Assembly: GCA_976226885.1 (NCBI GenBank)
Contig: OZ320315.1
Location: 79,546,001 to 79,610,000, forward strand
DNA length: 64,000 nucleotides
Source: Iphione sp. A-MEVVRFRX5
Taxonomy: Eukaryota
Reading direction: 5' to 3'
Part shown: positions 1 through 14,200 of the stretch, piece after piece
Layout: each line of letters starts with the position of its first letter
Numbering within the stretch: position 1 is the stretch's first letter
Notes under the pieces: generated by a model
Told to the model about the DNA's origin: nothing
The model's database searches: none
Seen by the model: the letters and a program-made list of their open reading frames with translations, nothing else
Program-made: the position numbers and the translations under genes

Positions 1-2645
1 TAGTACTCATCAAAAAGAAATAACCTACTGGAACCACATAGATCCCTACAATGTCACTTTTCAGTTACATTTTGTGATGTTATTGGCACATCAAGTAATG
101 TTGAGACCCAGTTAAAGACCAGATCACACCAAACCCGGGGCAAAGACCAAGATTTGCCAGTACCAAATAATCACAAAGCGGTACATAAATAACTCCTAAT
201 GAGATAAAAACAGGGTGAGTGACCAGAATTGCCTGTTCCCTGGTATGGTCACTTCTGCGGGTTTTTGTTGATTAATAAGACTTGAATAGGGTGACAATGG
301 GGGGAAGGGGGGGGGGGGACTTGAATGGGTTTCAGTCCTTGTGTGGGCGATGCGCTGCTTGAACAAGATGCAGCCGCTCAACGACAGTGGGCGCTAGGAT
401 CGGCTCTGTACTACAAGTACATGTAGATGTTTTCCAGCGCTTGGATTACATTGACAAGTGTTCACCTGACCAGATGAATTCGGAAACAACTGCCTGGCTT
501 ATACCTATGCGACTCATCACTCTGTCCGTCTGTCCCTGTCTCTCACACCTTCTCTCTCACTCACTTATATACATGTACACTCTTTCCCTCGCCATCTCTG
601 TTCCTCCTCTCCCACACAAACCACATACACCGTGCAAGCACGTGCGCGTGCCCTTCCTTTTAAACAGATGGGGCACCCACTGGGCGGACGCCTTTCCAAG
701 GGGACCAAGGATGTTGTTTCTCTCAACACCTGGTGCCGACGAATGCGGGCGTTTTTTATAGTAAAAAGTATTATGATTCCAGTCACCCTAGCTGACAAAA
801 CACACTCACAGCTGGCCGCACACTTGAGTTCGCCAAGCAGAATTATTTAAATTCAGAGCGATCCCTTTCTTTGTGTAATGAGTGCAGCACACTCCGGCAT
901 TGTTAGCAGCAGAGAGATTTGTGTTGTCATCAGCTCGGGTGGAACAAACACAATTATTCCATTACTTAAGCTGTTAATTATCCGCTAAGGTCGAAATGAC
1001 CTTTGGAGACGGGTCTTGGGCGTTCGTAGGAGATGAAGGTCAGAGGGTAAGGTCGCAGTGGGTGGCCAAGTCAGGATTGGGGTCAAGGTCAGGGGAACTA
1101 GTGACAACATGCCACGTGAAATTGACAGTGTTCGGTGAGAGGCGTATGAACGCCTCCCCTTCTCCATCACCTCCACATTCATAAGTATTCTCAGCATGAA
1201 CCGGCGAAGCAGGTTGCAAACTGAAAAGTGGAAACAAATGGCCTACCACGATTTCTTTCCCCTGTTTTCCAGAGATGCGAACTTCCGAGGGTTGGGCCAA
1301 AATTCCCCCCCCCCCCAAAAAAAAATGTTAAAGCAAGACCCCTCGTAAAAAGAGAATGGAAAGAAAAGGGGCCGTAACGCATATGCATATGTATGACCAG
1401 TAACTAGCGTTTGCCTAAAGTTTAGAGGAACGCGAGATTGTTTAACTTATGCTACTGGGTACGAAAGATGGTGGTCTGAGTAACAGACATGAGGCTATTC
1501 CCTGCTCTTGTTTCTTTTTAGGTATCCTGCTTATATTGTCATTTACACCGCGTAGTATGATTGCTTTGTTATTAAAACACGATCTATTTTCTGGTTGAGG
1601 TGCTTGTTGTTTATTAGTCGAGGTCTTTCTTCTGGAATCTACCCTAATAAAAAAGTAAGTATACATGCACCAGCAATGCCAAGGCTTCCACATCATTGGA
1701 TTTGACTTTCCATGTAAATGAAGAACGGACACGAAGAGGCGACATGGAATATCAGGCCACTGCGTTTGTAATGAAACCAGTAGATTTTGGTGTCTTTGGA
1801 CAAACATCAGCAAGTTTCTGCGAAGTCAGCGGATTCTGGCGTCTTTTAGACAATCTGTAAAAATACTGATGATGTCAGTGGATTTTGGTCTATGGTTGAA
1901 CATATACATACATGTACATGTTTATATGTAGACAACTTGACAACTACAACAGCCTCGCATAGTTTAAGCTTGTCTTTTAATTCCCTCATATATGGGGAAT
2001 GTGGATTTCACACAACGTTTCAGCAAAGAAAATTATTTTGAAAGAGCTTTCAATGATGGTACTGGAGCGCTCACTACGGTATTGATTAGTAGACAGACAC
2101 TCTGAATGTAGCGTAAATAGTGCCATTCAGTCATCACTTACCTCTTGATTTACCGTAATGTATCCTCTACAAGCATGTCATACGAGCTTTATAGACTTAT
2201 AGCAGACCCACATAGTTTGGTGCCAGCTTAACTGCCGTACAGGAAGCACAGGAAGATATTTGATCACATATTTTTACGTCGATCAAGTAGATGTGCATGA
2301 TTATGCAACTTTTTGTTCAGACAGGACACCTGCAGATTTAGGAGAGCGAAACGTTTAGTTTTTAAAGGATAATAAGATCTACATAATCGATCGAAAATGT
2401 TTGGTGTTCCGTAGTCATTTGCCTAAATGCAACGTAGAAGGTTGCCAATACTAACGCTGTTCGATGAGGCCGATGTGCATGGTAAATCGGGCGCAAATCA
2501 CAATAGTCTTCCTCTCAGTAACATCGCATATTCTTTCGCGTCTTTTTTTAATGTTGGGGTGCGCGACTCGGTATTAGTTCTAGTTCAATGGAGGGGCACT
2601 GCGACACCAGGGGGCATCAGGACTTTGTTGCCATGGTCACAGCGC

Positions 2646-2753
2646 ACTTCCGGTGGTACCTATTGACTTCCGGCTAATTGACACTCTAATAGGTTAATTA
2701 TGCCGCATGCAAGGCCAGGCGCATGCGCGGGTAATACATCAATTAAAATGGCT
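2646..2753. promoter_or_regulatory. Promoter-type motif cluster (2x ETS, NRF1-like, YY1-like)
   Basis: ACTTCCGG at 2646 and 2666, GCGCATGCGC at 2719 and AAAATGGCT at 2745. Confidence 0.3.
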
Positions 2754-4876
2754 GCTAATCGAATGGGATGTGATCGAGTCATAATCGCATGAAGGCTACG
2801 AGGTAAAGTCACTGCTACCCGGTGACCATGACGACCGAAGTTGCCGAAAAATACTGGAAAACAGAACAGTCCCGCTTGGACACAAACACACATACACACA
2901 CACATACATACACACCATTTAAATTATCTCACATTGCTTTCCTTTGGTGCAAGAAGCAAAAGTGGATGGTGCAAATTGAGGAATAACGAGTATTGCAAAT
3001 ACATGCATCCAGTATGTCATTTCGGCGCTTTAGACGAACTTCTACAATTCCTGGAGTGGAACAATCCACGTTCTTGGACTCAGGTCGATGTGAACGAAGG
3101 CCTAAACAAGGTGATGTAATTGCATGTAGATGTACGCTAATCAGTAAGATCAAATCTTCTTCTAAATCGTACACTGCAGCAGAACTACTAGAGCGGTGAG
3201 CACTGGATGATATTGGGAGCATCTGTGTATATGTCTGATATATGTCTTTTATTGATATCATCTCTATCGAAGAATATACTGCCAAGTGAGTAGTATATGA
3301 CTAAAAATCAACAGGAATTCTCTCTTCTTACTTTAATCCTTTCACTTCGTCACATATCACCCAGCTTTTTCTATTGTATAGGCCATACGCTGTGGTGTTA
3401 TTGCTGTTACAAGACTTTCGTATCAAACCCCTATACATAAATCACTCATTCTACTCAATCAAGACCAGAATTTATTTAATTCTTTCAGCAAGATGCCTAG
3501 AGTAAACTGCAGTGTGTAAATATTGCCAGTATCACTGCAACTTGCTAGGGTTGCCTTTTTTCATCTTTTTTCCTCTCCGCATTTCTACACTGCTTTGTCC
3601 ATCTCATTGGGTGGGCGATAGTAGTGGAGGAAAAAACGGACAATGGGCCGAATTTGCCCATAGACTACAGAGCACGCTGCGGTCTCGCCCTGTAATTTGC
3701 AAGACTGCATGATAACCTGCTAGGACCTCGTAGAATGACAATGGCCTTCCAGTGCACCGTATGCAGATTTGTCAGCTCAGTTTCACCATGTTTGAAAGGA
3801 AAGAAGCCTGGTTAACGGAACTGCAGAATTTGGAGCTTCCTCCCTTTTGGCGCAGAGTTGAAAAGGTTTTCTTGTCGTTTGAAATATCAGAGGCGATACC
3901 TCTGGCATTTTATTACTACAGACACAAGCTGCTGTTTCGGGAAACATCCCTGATGATTTTATTAATTATTTATTGCAGTCATTTTTGGTATTTCAGTAAA
4001 ATGGAAAGGACATAGTTCACTGTAATCGCATCTACAAAGACGTTCTATAAAAAGACCCATATAACTTTAATCACCATTGCCCAGGGGCAATATAACAGGA
4101 ATCAAGACTAGGGACTTTCTAGGAAGATTTCTGCCTTTCATGTTCAGTGGCATTATCAAGCAGTTCATTTTCGAGTTCAAAAATGTGAAAGAGTTCAAAG
4201 TATTATTTTTATAGTTTTTATGTTGAGTTGGAGAAAATGACGCAAACAGCCATAAAAGAACCGAAGATTTTCTCGGTTTAGTCATTTTTGCACCAGTAGG
4301 CATGTGCCCCTCAAGAGCTCTCCAAGAATATCCGAGTCCAGGATAGGTGAGATGTGGTTCAAAGGAGACGGGAGGACGGCGACAGGAGATTCTTAACAAA
4401 GAGCGCACGCAGTTGTAGAGAAGCTCAATGTGTGTAATGAATGAGCAGCTCCGGAACACGGTCGACGCTTGATAACTCCCTGAGGTGAGGAACATGGATG
4501 GTGACGTCCGCAGCTTAACGGGCAGCTGGAAGGTGGATGTTTGTGTTTGTGTGTGCGTGTGTGTTTGTGTGTGCGTGCGGGCACATAATGAGCGGGATAT
4601 ATTTCTCCAGCTTTCGGAGTTCTAGCTAAGTGTCCTATTTATAGATGAAGGTCACAGGACTGACGTCAACAGCAATGCGCCAGGCATCGTTAAGATGCAG
4701 TGTATATATCTTGGGCACAAAAGATATGAAAGAAACCATTGATAAGATCTTTCACCTTGATGTCTATATTCAATGTTGACCGTCTTAAGCATTTTAGAGA
4801 CCATGGGAGAATGCTTTCCATTGTTCAACTGAAATAGCATTTCCTTGTAGTTTCACACACTGAGACATATAAGAAC

Positions 4877-4922
4877 GAGAGAGAGAGAGAGAGAGAGAGA
4901 CAGAGACAGAGAGAGAGAGACA

Positions 4923-4953
<31 letters not shown>
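4877..4953. repeat. (GA)n/(GACA) microsatellite
   Basis: Read directly from the sequence. Confidence 0.95.
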
Positions 4954-5073
4954 CGCACTACTGTGTGAAGTGGCTACTCATTTATTTCATGGTTACGGTT
5001 TTGCGTTTTCAAGACGCAGGGGCCTCACCGGTTAGGCAGCCCAATGTAATTCACACAACAGCATGTGCAGTAT

Positions 5074-5548
5074 ACCAAAGTGCACGAGCACTCACCCCCT
5101 CTCGCCAGGGTTACAGTGGGCTGGGGTTCCCACTGGTGTGCTGGCTGAGAGAGACATAACGATGATTGACAGGTGTCAGCGCAGTGTGAGTGGATGTGCA
5201 ACCAGACGTGACGAGTGCACGAGTACCCGTCACTCGCCCACCAGTCCAGTGTAACAGTGGTTGGGCCGATCACCGGTGTCTGGCTGCACGGAAATTGCTT
5301 CAACCTGTAGGGGGACACCACAGGGAAGTCTTCCGAATTGTACATGCCCAAAGTGACGAGTTTATATACTCACAAGCATGTCACTCACCCCCCAGCTCCA
5401 GGGTTACAGCAGGTGGGCTTGGTCCTGCCGGTGTAGGTCAGTACGGTTGTATAGCCAGAAGTGACGAGTTTGTATACTCAAAAGCATGTCACTCACCCCC
5501 CAGTACCAGGATTACAGCAGGTGGGCTGCCTGCCGGTGCCTGGACTAT
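5074..5548 (+). repeat. Four degenerate copies of a roughly 90-bp unit with uneven spacing
   Basis: The pattern GTGACGAGT...GTCACTC(A/G)CCC...CCAG.GT(T/A)ACAG...TGGGC recurs near 5074 (partial), 5201, 5348 and 5456. Copies 3 and 4 are nearly identical. Confidence 0.8.
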
Positions 5549-8500
5549 ATGTGCAATAACGTATGTGCTCTTGAGTTAGGGACACCACCCCTTACTGAGA
5601 GGTTGCACTGCAAAGGGTTATAGGCTGGTCAAAACCTTCGGCCCTGCCTATATGTTGGCACAAGTAGGGATAGGGTTCCACTCACACTAACACTAGACAC
5701 CTACCTCTCAAAGCACGTCTGCTCCCTTCCAAGCCGAGGACTGTCCTGATTTATTTCATGAAACAGTGCTTCTTATATACTAGTACAGCACACCACGTGA
5801 CATGAACAGGCCAATAAGGCATTGGCAGTGATTACATCACAAACCTGAAATAAAGGATCGCACATTTTCATCTTGGCATATCAGGACGAAAACGTTTACA
5901 GAATACAGAAGGGGATTACTTCATCCTGCTAAACGCAGATGCCTTTCTCCTGCTTAACTCTGATGACTTGAGTCTGTAGTCATACCTCCATTCGCCACAT
6001 TATATATGATAACATACATGGATATACATGCACATGTATAATATATGACCCGGCTAGCACCAAATATAGAGATACTGCCACTCCACATTTTCATCATTTC
6101 CTCTTTCCACCCTTTCCATCGTCCGGACGCAGTAGAACCGATAGCAGCCCGTCTGGCAGTATATGTGACTGGCCGATGTTTCCGTTTATAGATAAACAAC
6201 TTCGGCCAAAGCCCTCACATTAGTCAAACTGTGATTGGCGGATCTGCAGGGATTTGGAAGAGCGGCATCGGTCGATTCCGGCAGTACTGAAAACATCCAT
6301 CGGAGAGAGAGAGAATGACGCTGGTAGTGCGCCGTTTGGCTGCTAGGGGGCGGCCGCTGATGCGGATACGTCATAGGGTGCAGATGACCGCCTGTCGTTA
6401 CCGTTGTTTTGATGCTGTCTGTTACCTTATCAAACATTCATAGGGCAAGTGGTAACTGTCATCTCTTTTTTGTCGCCACTCGACTCCAAAAGCACCACTT
6501 TGTGTGGAAAGTGACCATTAAACGATCTAAGGGTCACCCCTAACGGTGACCCTGCCGAGACCCCAACAGCTAAACATCGTTCATCTTTCCGCACCAATCA
6601 AGGGACGAGTAATAAAGATTTTGTTACCGGTATGATGCAAAGCCATTTAAGGTAAACTATTGCTCAGGGATTGCTCTGTTGTAAAATGCGTTTACACCGA
6701 AGCATTTAGTCCCACCATTTCTATGGTTACCACTTCATCATATACTATAGTCCTGAAAAATGATCAGTTGATAGGGGATGATTATCTGTACGCCCTCGGT
6801 ATTTTATTTTAGGAGATACTATCCATAATTGACAAACAATTACGCAACGATATTTTCTATATTTAACTTGGAGGCTTCGTCCACGACCGGCCGCGTCATC
6901 ACGACGTACCGGTAACAGATTGCTGGATTAGGAACCAATCAAAATGCTGCATTGGCTTCGACGCCTTGGCGGTTGAAAAAAACATCCACACTGCAGGCGG
7001 CGCTGGTATCGCACGAAAGTCTCAGACAGGCGTCTGGGGACGGGTATTCACATATAACGACTTGTGCAAGCGGTTTTCAGGTTGTGAAGGCTTATGCTGG
7101 AGTTGTAGCTTCTTTGCGTAGACACGGTGCGATCGATCCTGTGATAAATGGAAGGATCATGGCTTCAAGCCAGGGCACCTCTAGCGTATAGTTATAACCA
7201 TCGCAAAAGACATTTTCCTTTATACTACTTTCCGTCGTCGGTGCTGCTTCGATACGATGACGTATCGAACTACGTGTACTTACAACCTCGACTGTATCGC
7301 AAATCATTTTGTATACATCTAATCCAGTTCATCACAGTCTGTTCGATAAAGATACAATGGACTCTCTCTGTTGAGCGCGTACCTGAACATGCACTGTAAT
7401 CTGTATACGATTAACCCCATTCCGATAGATCTAGGTATGATTTGTCTCACTGCCTGACAGAGCGTCGTGTGTGCTGCTAAATGGGTCTAGCCTCATGTCA
7501 TACAAGGAACGCAGATCTCGAATAAAACCTATTGAAATAAGCTATTAGAATAGGCACTGGCTATCAGCACACTGGCATTTCGTGCCTTGGACCATTATCC
7601 GACAATTTTGCATCTGCATAATCATGCAATATGCATGCTAGCAGTCCGTGGGAACCCTCAATTTTCTCATTCTTTTTGTTCCATTCAGATGGACACGATA
7701 GCAGTTTTCACTGTGGGATGGAACCTTTCGGGGGAGCCATTAAACGAGGATTTTTCTTCTAATTGTATTCCTGGCGGCAGAGAATGCAATCCAGTCGGCG
7801 GTTAAGGCGGCAGGAATTCGCTTGCATTCGCTGTTAGCGTCTGTTAGGAGGTGGCCACGGCGAAATGGTTATCTCGATGGGAGTTTTATGGAAATGTGCG
7901 GACGACGCAAAATCAGGCGATCATTTGTTGCTGATGAATCGCCGCCATCGGCGATCGCACGCCGCCAAGCAGCATAGTTGCGGCACGTCGCTATGGTAAT
8001 GACGGAGTAATACGCGCGTGCGCCGAACACTGGACCCGGGTCACGGTCATGTGACCAGGCGGCTTCATCTTGAGATCGGGAGTCATATGACCTCACGGCG
8101 CCCACCCCCACCCCCACCCCCACTTGATTCCGTGCGGAGACGCAAGAACCGGTGTGGTAAAGGCTTTTCATACATTGGAGCCATGCGACCCAGTGCACGC
8201 AAGAGAAAAGTATTCCTTTTATCTCATAGCCGAACCTTTTAGTATAACTTCGACCCGTATATACAATATATCAACGACCAGAAGGTCATCCGTAAGCAAT
8301 ATCCCCCGGCTCAGTCAATGAACTAGTAGAGGTACACGTGTATTTGCATCTCCATTAAATCCATTAAATCCCTGAGTCCTCTTGTCCTTTTCCCATCGTG
8401 TTTTGCGTCAACGGGTTCTACTAACAGCCTTGCTTCTGACAAGCGAAGAGCAATTTTGGATCTAAATTGACCGAATTGGACAATTATGAAATGTTGGCTT

Positions 8501-9604
8501 ACATGTACATGTACTATTGAGCGTCAAGGAGGTAATGGTTAGATCTTGAGCTGTCCCCCGAGACTTTGACCCGGAAAATGATTTCCCAAGGGAAACTTTG
8601 CTACATTGACAAACTACAGCCCTGAAATAATCTATTGATAATTCCATCGAAACCATCTTAGAACTGAATAAATAATGTTTGGCGGTGGGGGAGCCATGCT
8701 AAATAGCAGCAGGTAACATCCTCTAAACGCCACGTCCCCTTGAATGATTTAGACCGAGGAATACGTTGTTTGGTTGAGCGCCGAGGAGACTAAATGATAG
8801 ATGTAAAGTGGGGGTAGTTAGAGCTGAAGGATGAGAGGGCCCGTGATGTATCTGAGATGTAGCATAAAGGCAGTATCTAATGAGACTCTCCTGTACGCCA
8901 TCACTCTTTCAGCTCGCCACGGTTCATAATATAGACGACGATCGCCCGCAAAGAACTGCGTTCCATATTGGCGGACGCGATTTGTGAACAGGAAACGTAT
9001 TGTTCACAACTATCTTTTCCCCCCGCCCCTGGGGCGAATGTCACAGTGTGCGTACCACAAGGGCCAGGTGAATTTCTAAGATTAAAGGTATGAAGAGCCA
9101 ACACAGGGGAGTATACCAATGTGCCCAGTCTTTCCTGGCGTGCCATTGTCATTACAATTACCATAAGGCCAGACACATTCCATTTAATTAGGGGATTAGA
9201 AGGGAACAGAATACATAGCTTGGCTATTTACTATGACTAATGAATGAAGTTGTTTTGCTTCACATCACGTATAAATTTAGAAGCAGTTAAAGGACGCAAA
9301 CATGATTGTCAACACTAATTTATGTTACTTAAGACATGATGGTAACATCCAGTTACAATCTAATAGTACTGACCTTCATATTGCTACCCAGCATTTCAGT
9401 AAGAACACGCTGCTTTTAGTGCCATAAAAAGAAGGCATAACTTTCCATTATTGTGAGGGTAAGGTGATCTTTATTGATATAATAGAAAATAGAGCCACAC
9501 ATGCAGTGTTTAGTGTCAGTGCAAGCTCCTGTCAATATACAACTCATTGAACCTGCCTTCCCACGATGGTCTGAGTTAATAACCCTTTCACCTTGAAACT
9601 CCAG

Positions 9605-9697
9605 CAGACACACGTCGTCATAAAGTGCCACCTTTACGGCCAATACAGCCCGTGCATCCTGGAGGAGACCTTCGACTTAGTTACCGGCATGGGAGAG
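9605..9697 (+). CDS. Candidate internal exon, phase 0/0 (QTHVVIKCHLYGQYSPCILEETFDLVTGMGE)
   Basis: Acceptor ctttcaccttgaaactccAG (NAGNAG), donor GAG|GTAGGT, 93 nt, mostly G/C-ending codons. No homology recognised. Confidence 0.3.
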
Positions 9698-11275
9698 GTA
9701 GGTGCAGATGAGCTTTCTGAAGGGGTTGCTCTCAGGACCGCAGCAATTAACTCTTACAAACGCGTGGCCTCTAAAAAGTACGTGTACACATCTCCATCGC
9801 TTGCGTAGGAGAAGGCGGACATTATTGAACGACTAGCTGGCCGATGCTGGCTCTAGTAACATAATGAGTCAAACTCATACCCTCTCCAGGCGCATTCCGT
9901 ACGCAATATCCTGCAGAAAAATATAGAAAGGTTCTCCATGGCTATAATATAACACACTGAACATTATATAATTATCACTATTTACTAGATCATTAACCGT
10001 AACCAAAACAGCGATTAAGTTTATATGTTGACCATCTAAGTGGAATGCACGAGAGTTTTTCTGACCACTGTGACATTTTGTTAACCCTGGATTTTCAGTA
10101 TTTTACCTTCTCCGTATAAATACATGCAAATAACTTCCATTCTTAACCAATGAAACAAAATGTTGACCACATGGACAAAACTATTATAAATGGGACAGAA
10201 AAAGTGATCCATGCTGAAAACAAAATTGAGCAATGGTCAGTGCGTAGGTGTTTACCCTGCCAATATCCTATCCAGACAATGTTTTTTAAGTTTTCACAAG
10301 GTCTATTTTTGAGTTTGAGTAGGGTAAGACACGGGTTGAAAGGAGAGCACCTTTGTAAGGGGATTACGTTCTGTCCTTAACCTCTTAGCGGTAAATAAGG
10401 ACTGGATATTGCCTTTCACCAACACTTATCATTTTCAAAAAGCACGGCCGCTGGAAAAAGGTCGGTTGCTACACATATACATGTAAATTCAACTCATTAT
10501 GTACCGCCTAGGTGTCATTGTATTAATCTTTCGTTGTCAAGGTATCGGGGGATGGGGATTTCCTCAGATGTCGCAAATATTTTCTCCTTCCCAGTACGTT
10601 GTCACGACCCATCGACCTTGTCACAGGAAAAGCAAACCCAACGCCACTTTAGTCGACAAAGATGGGAGTTCTATAAATATAGGCAGCAAAGACCGGAGCA
10701 TTATTACGTGCAGTTAGGCTGTACCGAGAGATGTGCCTTCTGTTTGTCCTTCAGATCGCAGGATGAGCATCTACTGTATACTACACCAATGGCATTCATT
10801 CTGCACCACTTGGAAATCCTTTTTCTGCCTCAGGCGGCATACGAACCTTTGATCTCTATAACTATTAAGCCAGGACAATCTTCGCCGTTTGTGTTAAGGA
10901 TTAAGCGCCTATCCTATCCATAGGCCAACCTATGTATTCTTTCATCCCCCGAAGTGGGTCACATAGGGACCAACTAATTCTAGGTCCTTTGATTTCTTTC
11001 CCGAGCATGATGTTTTATTGAGCGCCTACCGTAATAGTAGCTTCAGTGCCATCAATTTGAGACCAACATACCTTTTAACTGCGCTTCCCTGGTGCTCTTT
11101 GGGGCTGCACCAGCTTTGAGTGGTTAAATGTTTTTTTTTTTATTTCAGCTTGGAACTTACCTAGTTGTGATTGTCAAAGCGTATAGAGATATGAATGCCT
11201 GAAACAAGGGTCAAGAGGTCGGCTCCTGCAGTCACATCTGAGTGACCTTCGCATGCCACCCCCAGCAAGAATAGG

Positions 11276-11294
11276 TGACCTTCGCTGACCTTGA
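11276..11294 (-). promoter_or_regulatory. Perfect DR4 nuclear-receptor element
   Basis: TGACCT-TCGC-TGACCT-TGA equals AGGTCA N4 AGGTCA on the minus strand, with an extended TCAAGGTCA half-site. There is another TGACCT at 11243 and a DR2-like GGGTCA-AG-AGGTCG at 11208. Confidence 0.45.
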
Positions 11295-14200
11295 TCCTTT
11301 GTTCAAACAATGGCGTACGCCTTTGGTAGCACAGAACTATGTGTTTGTCTATTTTCTTTCATACTCCACATTAAATAATACACTTGATAGTCTCTTGTAC
11401 TTATCCCTTGTACTAGCATATGAAAATATCAACATCAGCTCGTGTTGTATAAGTAGTCAGAAAGTTACACAGCTCATATTTTTGGAGGATAGAAGGTACC
11501 CCGAGTACATAAAACCGGTTTAAGAGTTTGGATCGTATCTGTCACGTGATGGTGCCCAAATGTCGTCTGCGTTCTCTCATCTCGTGGATTTGACGCGAGA
11601 CGCGTGTCGTGCGAACAGTCATATTTGAAATATAATCAAAGAAGAATGTAACACCGCAAAGCATCAGTCATTAACATTCAGTCGTGTACATGTATGTCAA
11701 CTCCAGCTTAACCTATACAGTGAAATTTTTCTTTTAATTTGACGTCACACATAGCAAAGCTTCAATTATGACGCATGTGTTCATGTAGTGCCAGAAAGGT
11801 GGCTTACATCCTTGCTTATTTGAATACAGTGCTTTGTGTTGAATTTACTGTATCGTTTAAATCCCCTAAATATAACTGATGAATCAAAGCATTCTCCTCG
11901 TGGAGGTAAGGAGTGATGTTAACTTGTAGTCCATAAGAATTTTATTGCATATGTCATTGTTCTGTACTTCCATTTGCCTAATTCCGCGACTGCGGTACCT
12001 AGTTCAAACATAAATATGACGCAGGAAAGTACACACCCGAAAGACACCCCTTCGGGTAGGATGTATGGTAAATGGATTGGGCAAGGAACAGTTGGATAGC
12101 TTCAGGAGACTTCCCACAGTCCGCCGCTAGGTGGTTGTTTGGGGGATGCACCGAGTAACGGTGTCCAACAATGGACAGAGAGCTGCAGACAATGGCCGTG
12201 TCTGGCCACTAGTCATTGAGGAACTCCAAAGGGGAGTCCATGGTTGTTGTGCCCTGGGCTAGTGTACCGGTCAGGCACACTGGGTGAGCCATTCACACCC
12301 ACCCACCCCTCCCCAGACCTCCCACTAATAAGTGGCCCTTCCTCATCTGAGTGTGTTTGTGCTAGTAATCACAGGACCATGCTTTAAACATGCACTTAAT
12401 ATTTAGCGCCTAATGTGATCTTAAAATCACTTCGCTTTCACCTAAGTTGCTAGGAATTACAATTCCGAAAGATTTAGTATGTATTAAATCGCACAGAACT
12501 CAGCAACTTTATTTATTTAAAATAAACTTCAGATAGGTTTTCGTTTCTTGGCTGAAGACCTAGTTTATTCTCTGGTCCCCCCAGCTTATTTCGTGTGTTT
12601 TGTCTGGATTTGTAAAGGAGCTTTCGCGTCGTGTGCTATTTTGAAATTCCTCTCAAGACGAGATGAATAAAGGAAGAGCTTGAAATATGTCAAATGTCAC
12701 CTATTTACCTGGCTGTTGATATCTATGACCTGTGATTAAAATCAATGTAGGAAGATCTTTTTCTGTGAAGCAGAGTATAATTACCCCTGTGTAGTGACGA
12801 AAATCCACTGTTCAACAGTAGAAGACAAGGGTTAAATGGACATCCATTACACTAGGTAAATACAGTCTCGGAAACCTAAGCATTTAACGATGGGTTTGAG
12901 CGAAAGGTTGGACTGTTTAACCCTGAAAACTGAGGGGAAGGACGAAATCCTGCTCCGAGGTTTGAGTTGTTAAACAGAATACCTTATATGAAAAGACATA
13001 GTTCGAAGTGGTTCTAACATGGATATATATGAAACAATACATTTTTGAATTATCAAGTTGATAATTTGATACCCTTATGAAACGTTTATGCTGGCTGCCA
13101 TATTGGAGTATGATGTCACAATGTTTACTATTGCTACTTCCGGTCTAGTGAGCCTCCACAGAACATCTTTGTCAGCATCCTGTGTGGTAGAAGAGGAAAT
13201 AATTCGAAATATATTGAAATATACCTTTATAATTCCTTTATTGTGTATCTAACATATGCGCATATGCACTATTTAGTTTATTTGTTTAGGTTTGAGGGGT
13301 AAAAAGCTCTTTTCATACCAGATTTCTCTGTTCAAAGTTATGAACCAGGAAGATGTCATCCATTTTGTATTTCCTAAAATGTATTTTCTGAAATATGAAC
13401 GACTTCTGGTATCCAATGAAAATGATTTATAACCGTGCTAAGTACTCTGACCTTTCACTGCGGCATATCCAAGGAAGTATAGGAGTTTCACTGCCCGCCA
13501 TGTTAAAACATGCAGCAGCAACAACCATTCTATCGTGACTTTTCGCCCAAGCAGTGTCTAATTTTAATTAAAAGTCTCAGATAGCTCAGTGACCATTACG
13601 TAAGTCGGACTGGAACTAATTCCTTTAATTGCAGCTCCCAGGTGAAGAGGACCCAAAATTCTGATTAGAAGGCAGGAGTGGGATTGCCGACATCAAGATA
13701 ACATGTCTAATGTAGCATGTCTATCATTACATGTCTAATGATATTCTCGTTAATACAGTTAGTGGCTTGCTGGCGAGAATGGCTGGTTTGTCGGTGACGG
13801 GGGGGGGGGGGCTGTTGGGTGGGGGGGGAGATTGCTGGGCCACCTGAGTAGAAACGTGCAGCACAGGGACAAAATATCTGTGTGAGATATGCCCGTGGTA
13901 TGGAAAGGATGGGGGAATGCTGCAAATATCAGAGACACACCGGAGACTCGGGGGCTAAATTCGTCGGTACAGGTAGAGATACGGAGCCGGCGGCACATGC
14001 AGGTGAGATGCAGCAACCGCACCCGCTGACACGAGCTCAGGTGATGTCAACCGAATGGCGGCCTGTGTATATATACTGAACTTTCCGCCGGCGCCCTACA
14101 AAGAGAGAGAGACAGGCCAAGCCCTTTCAACATACTGCCGCTCTTTGTTAGTGTATGCTTGGTATCAGTCCGATAGCGACATCAAAGGCGCGCAGGCAGT

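Noticed and set aside
6530-6553. 9-bp perfect hairpin AGGGTCACC/GGTGACCCT
   Set aside because: It is isolated, has no U-tract or flanking element structure, and could occur by chance in 64 kb.
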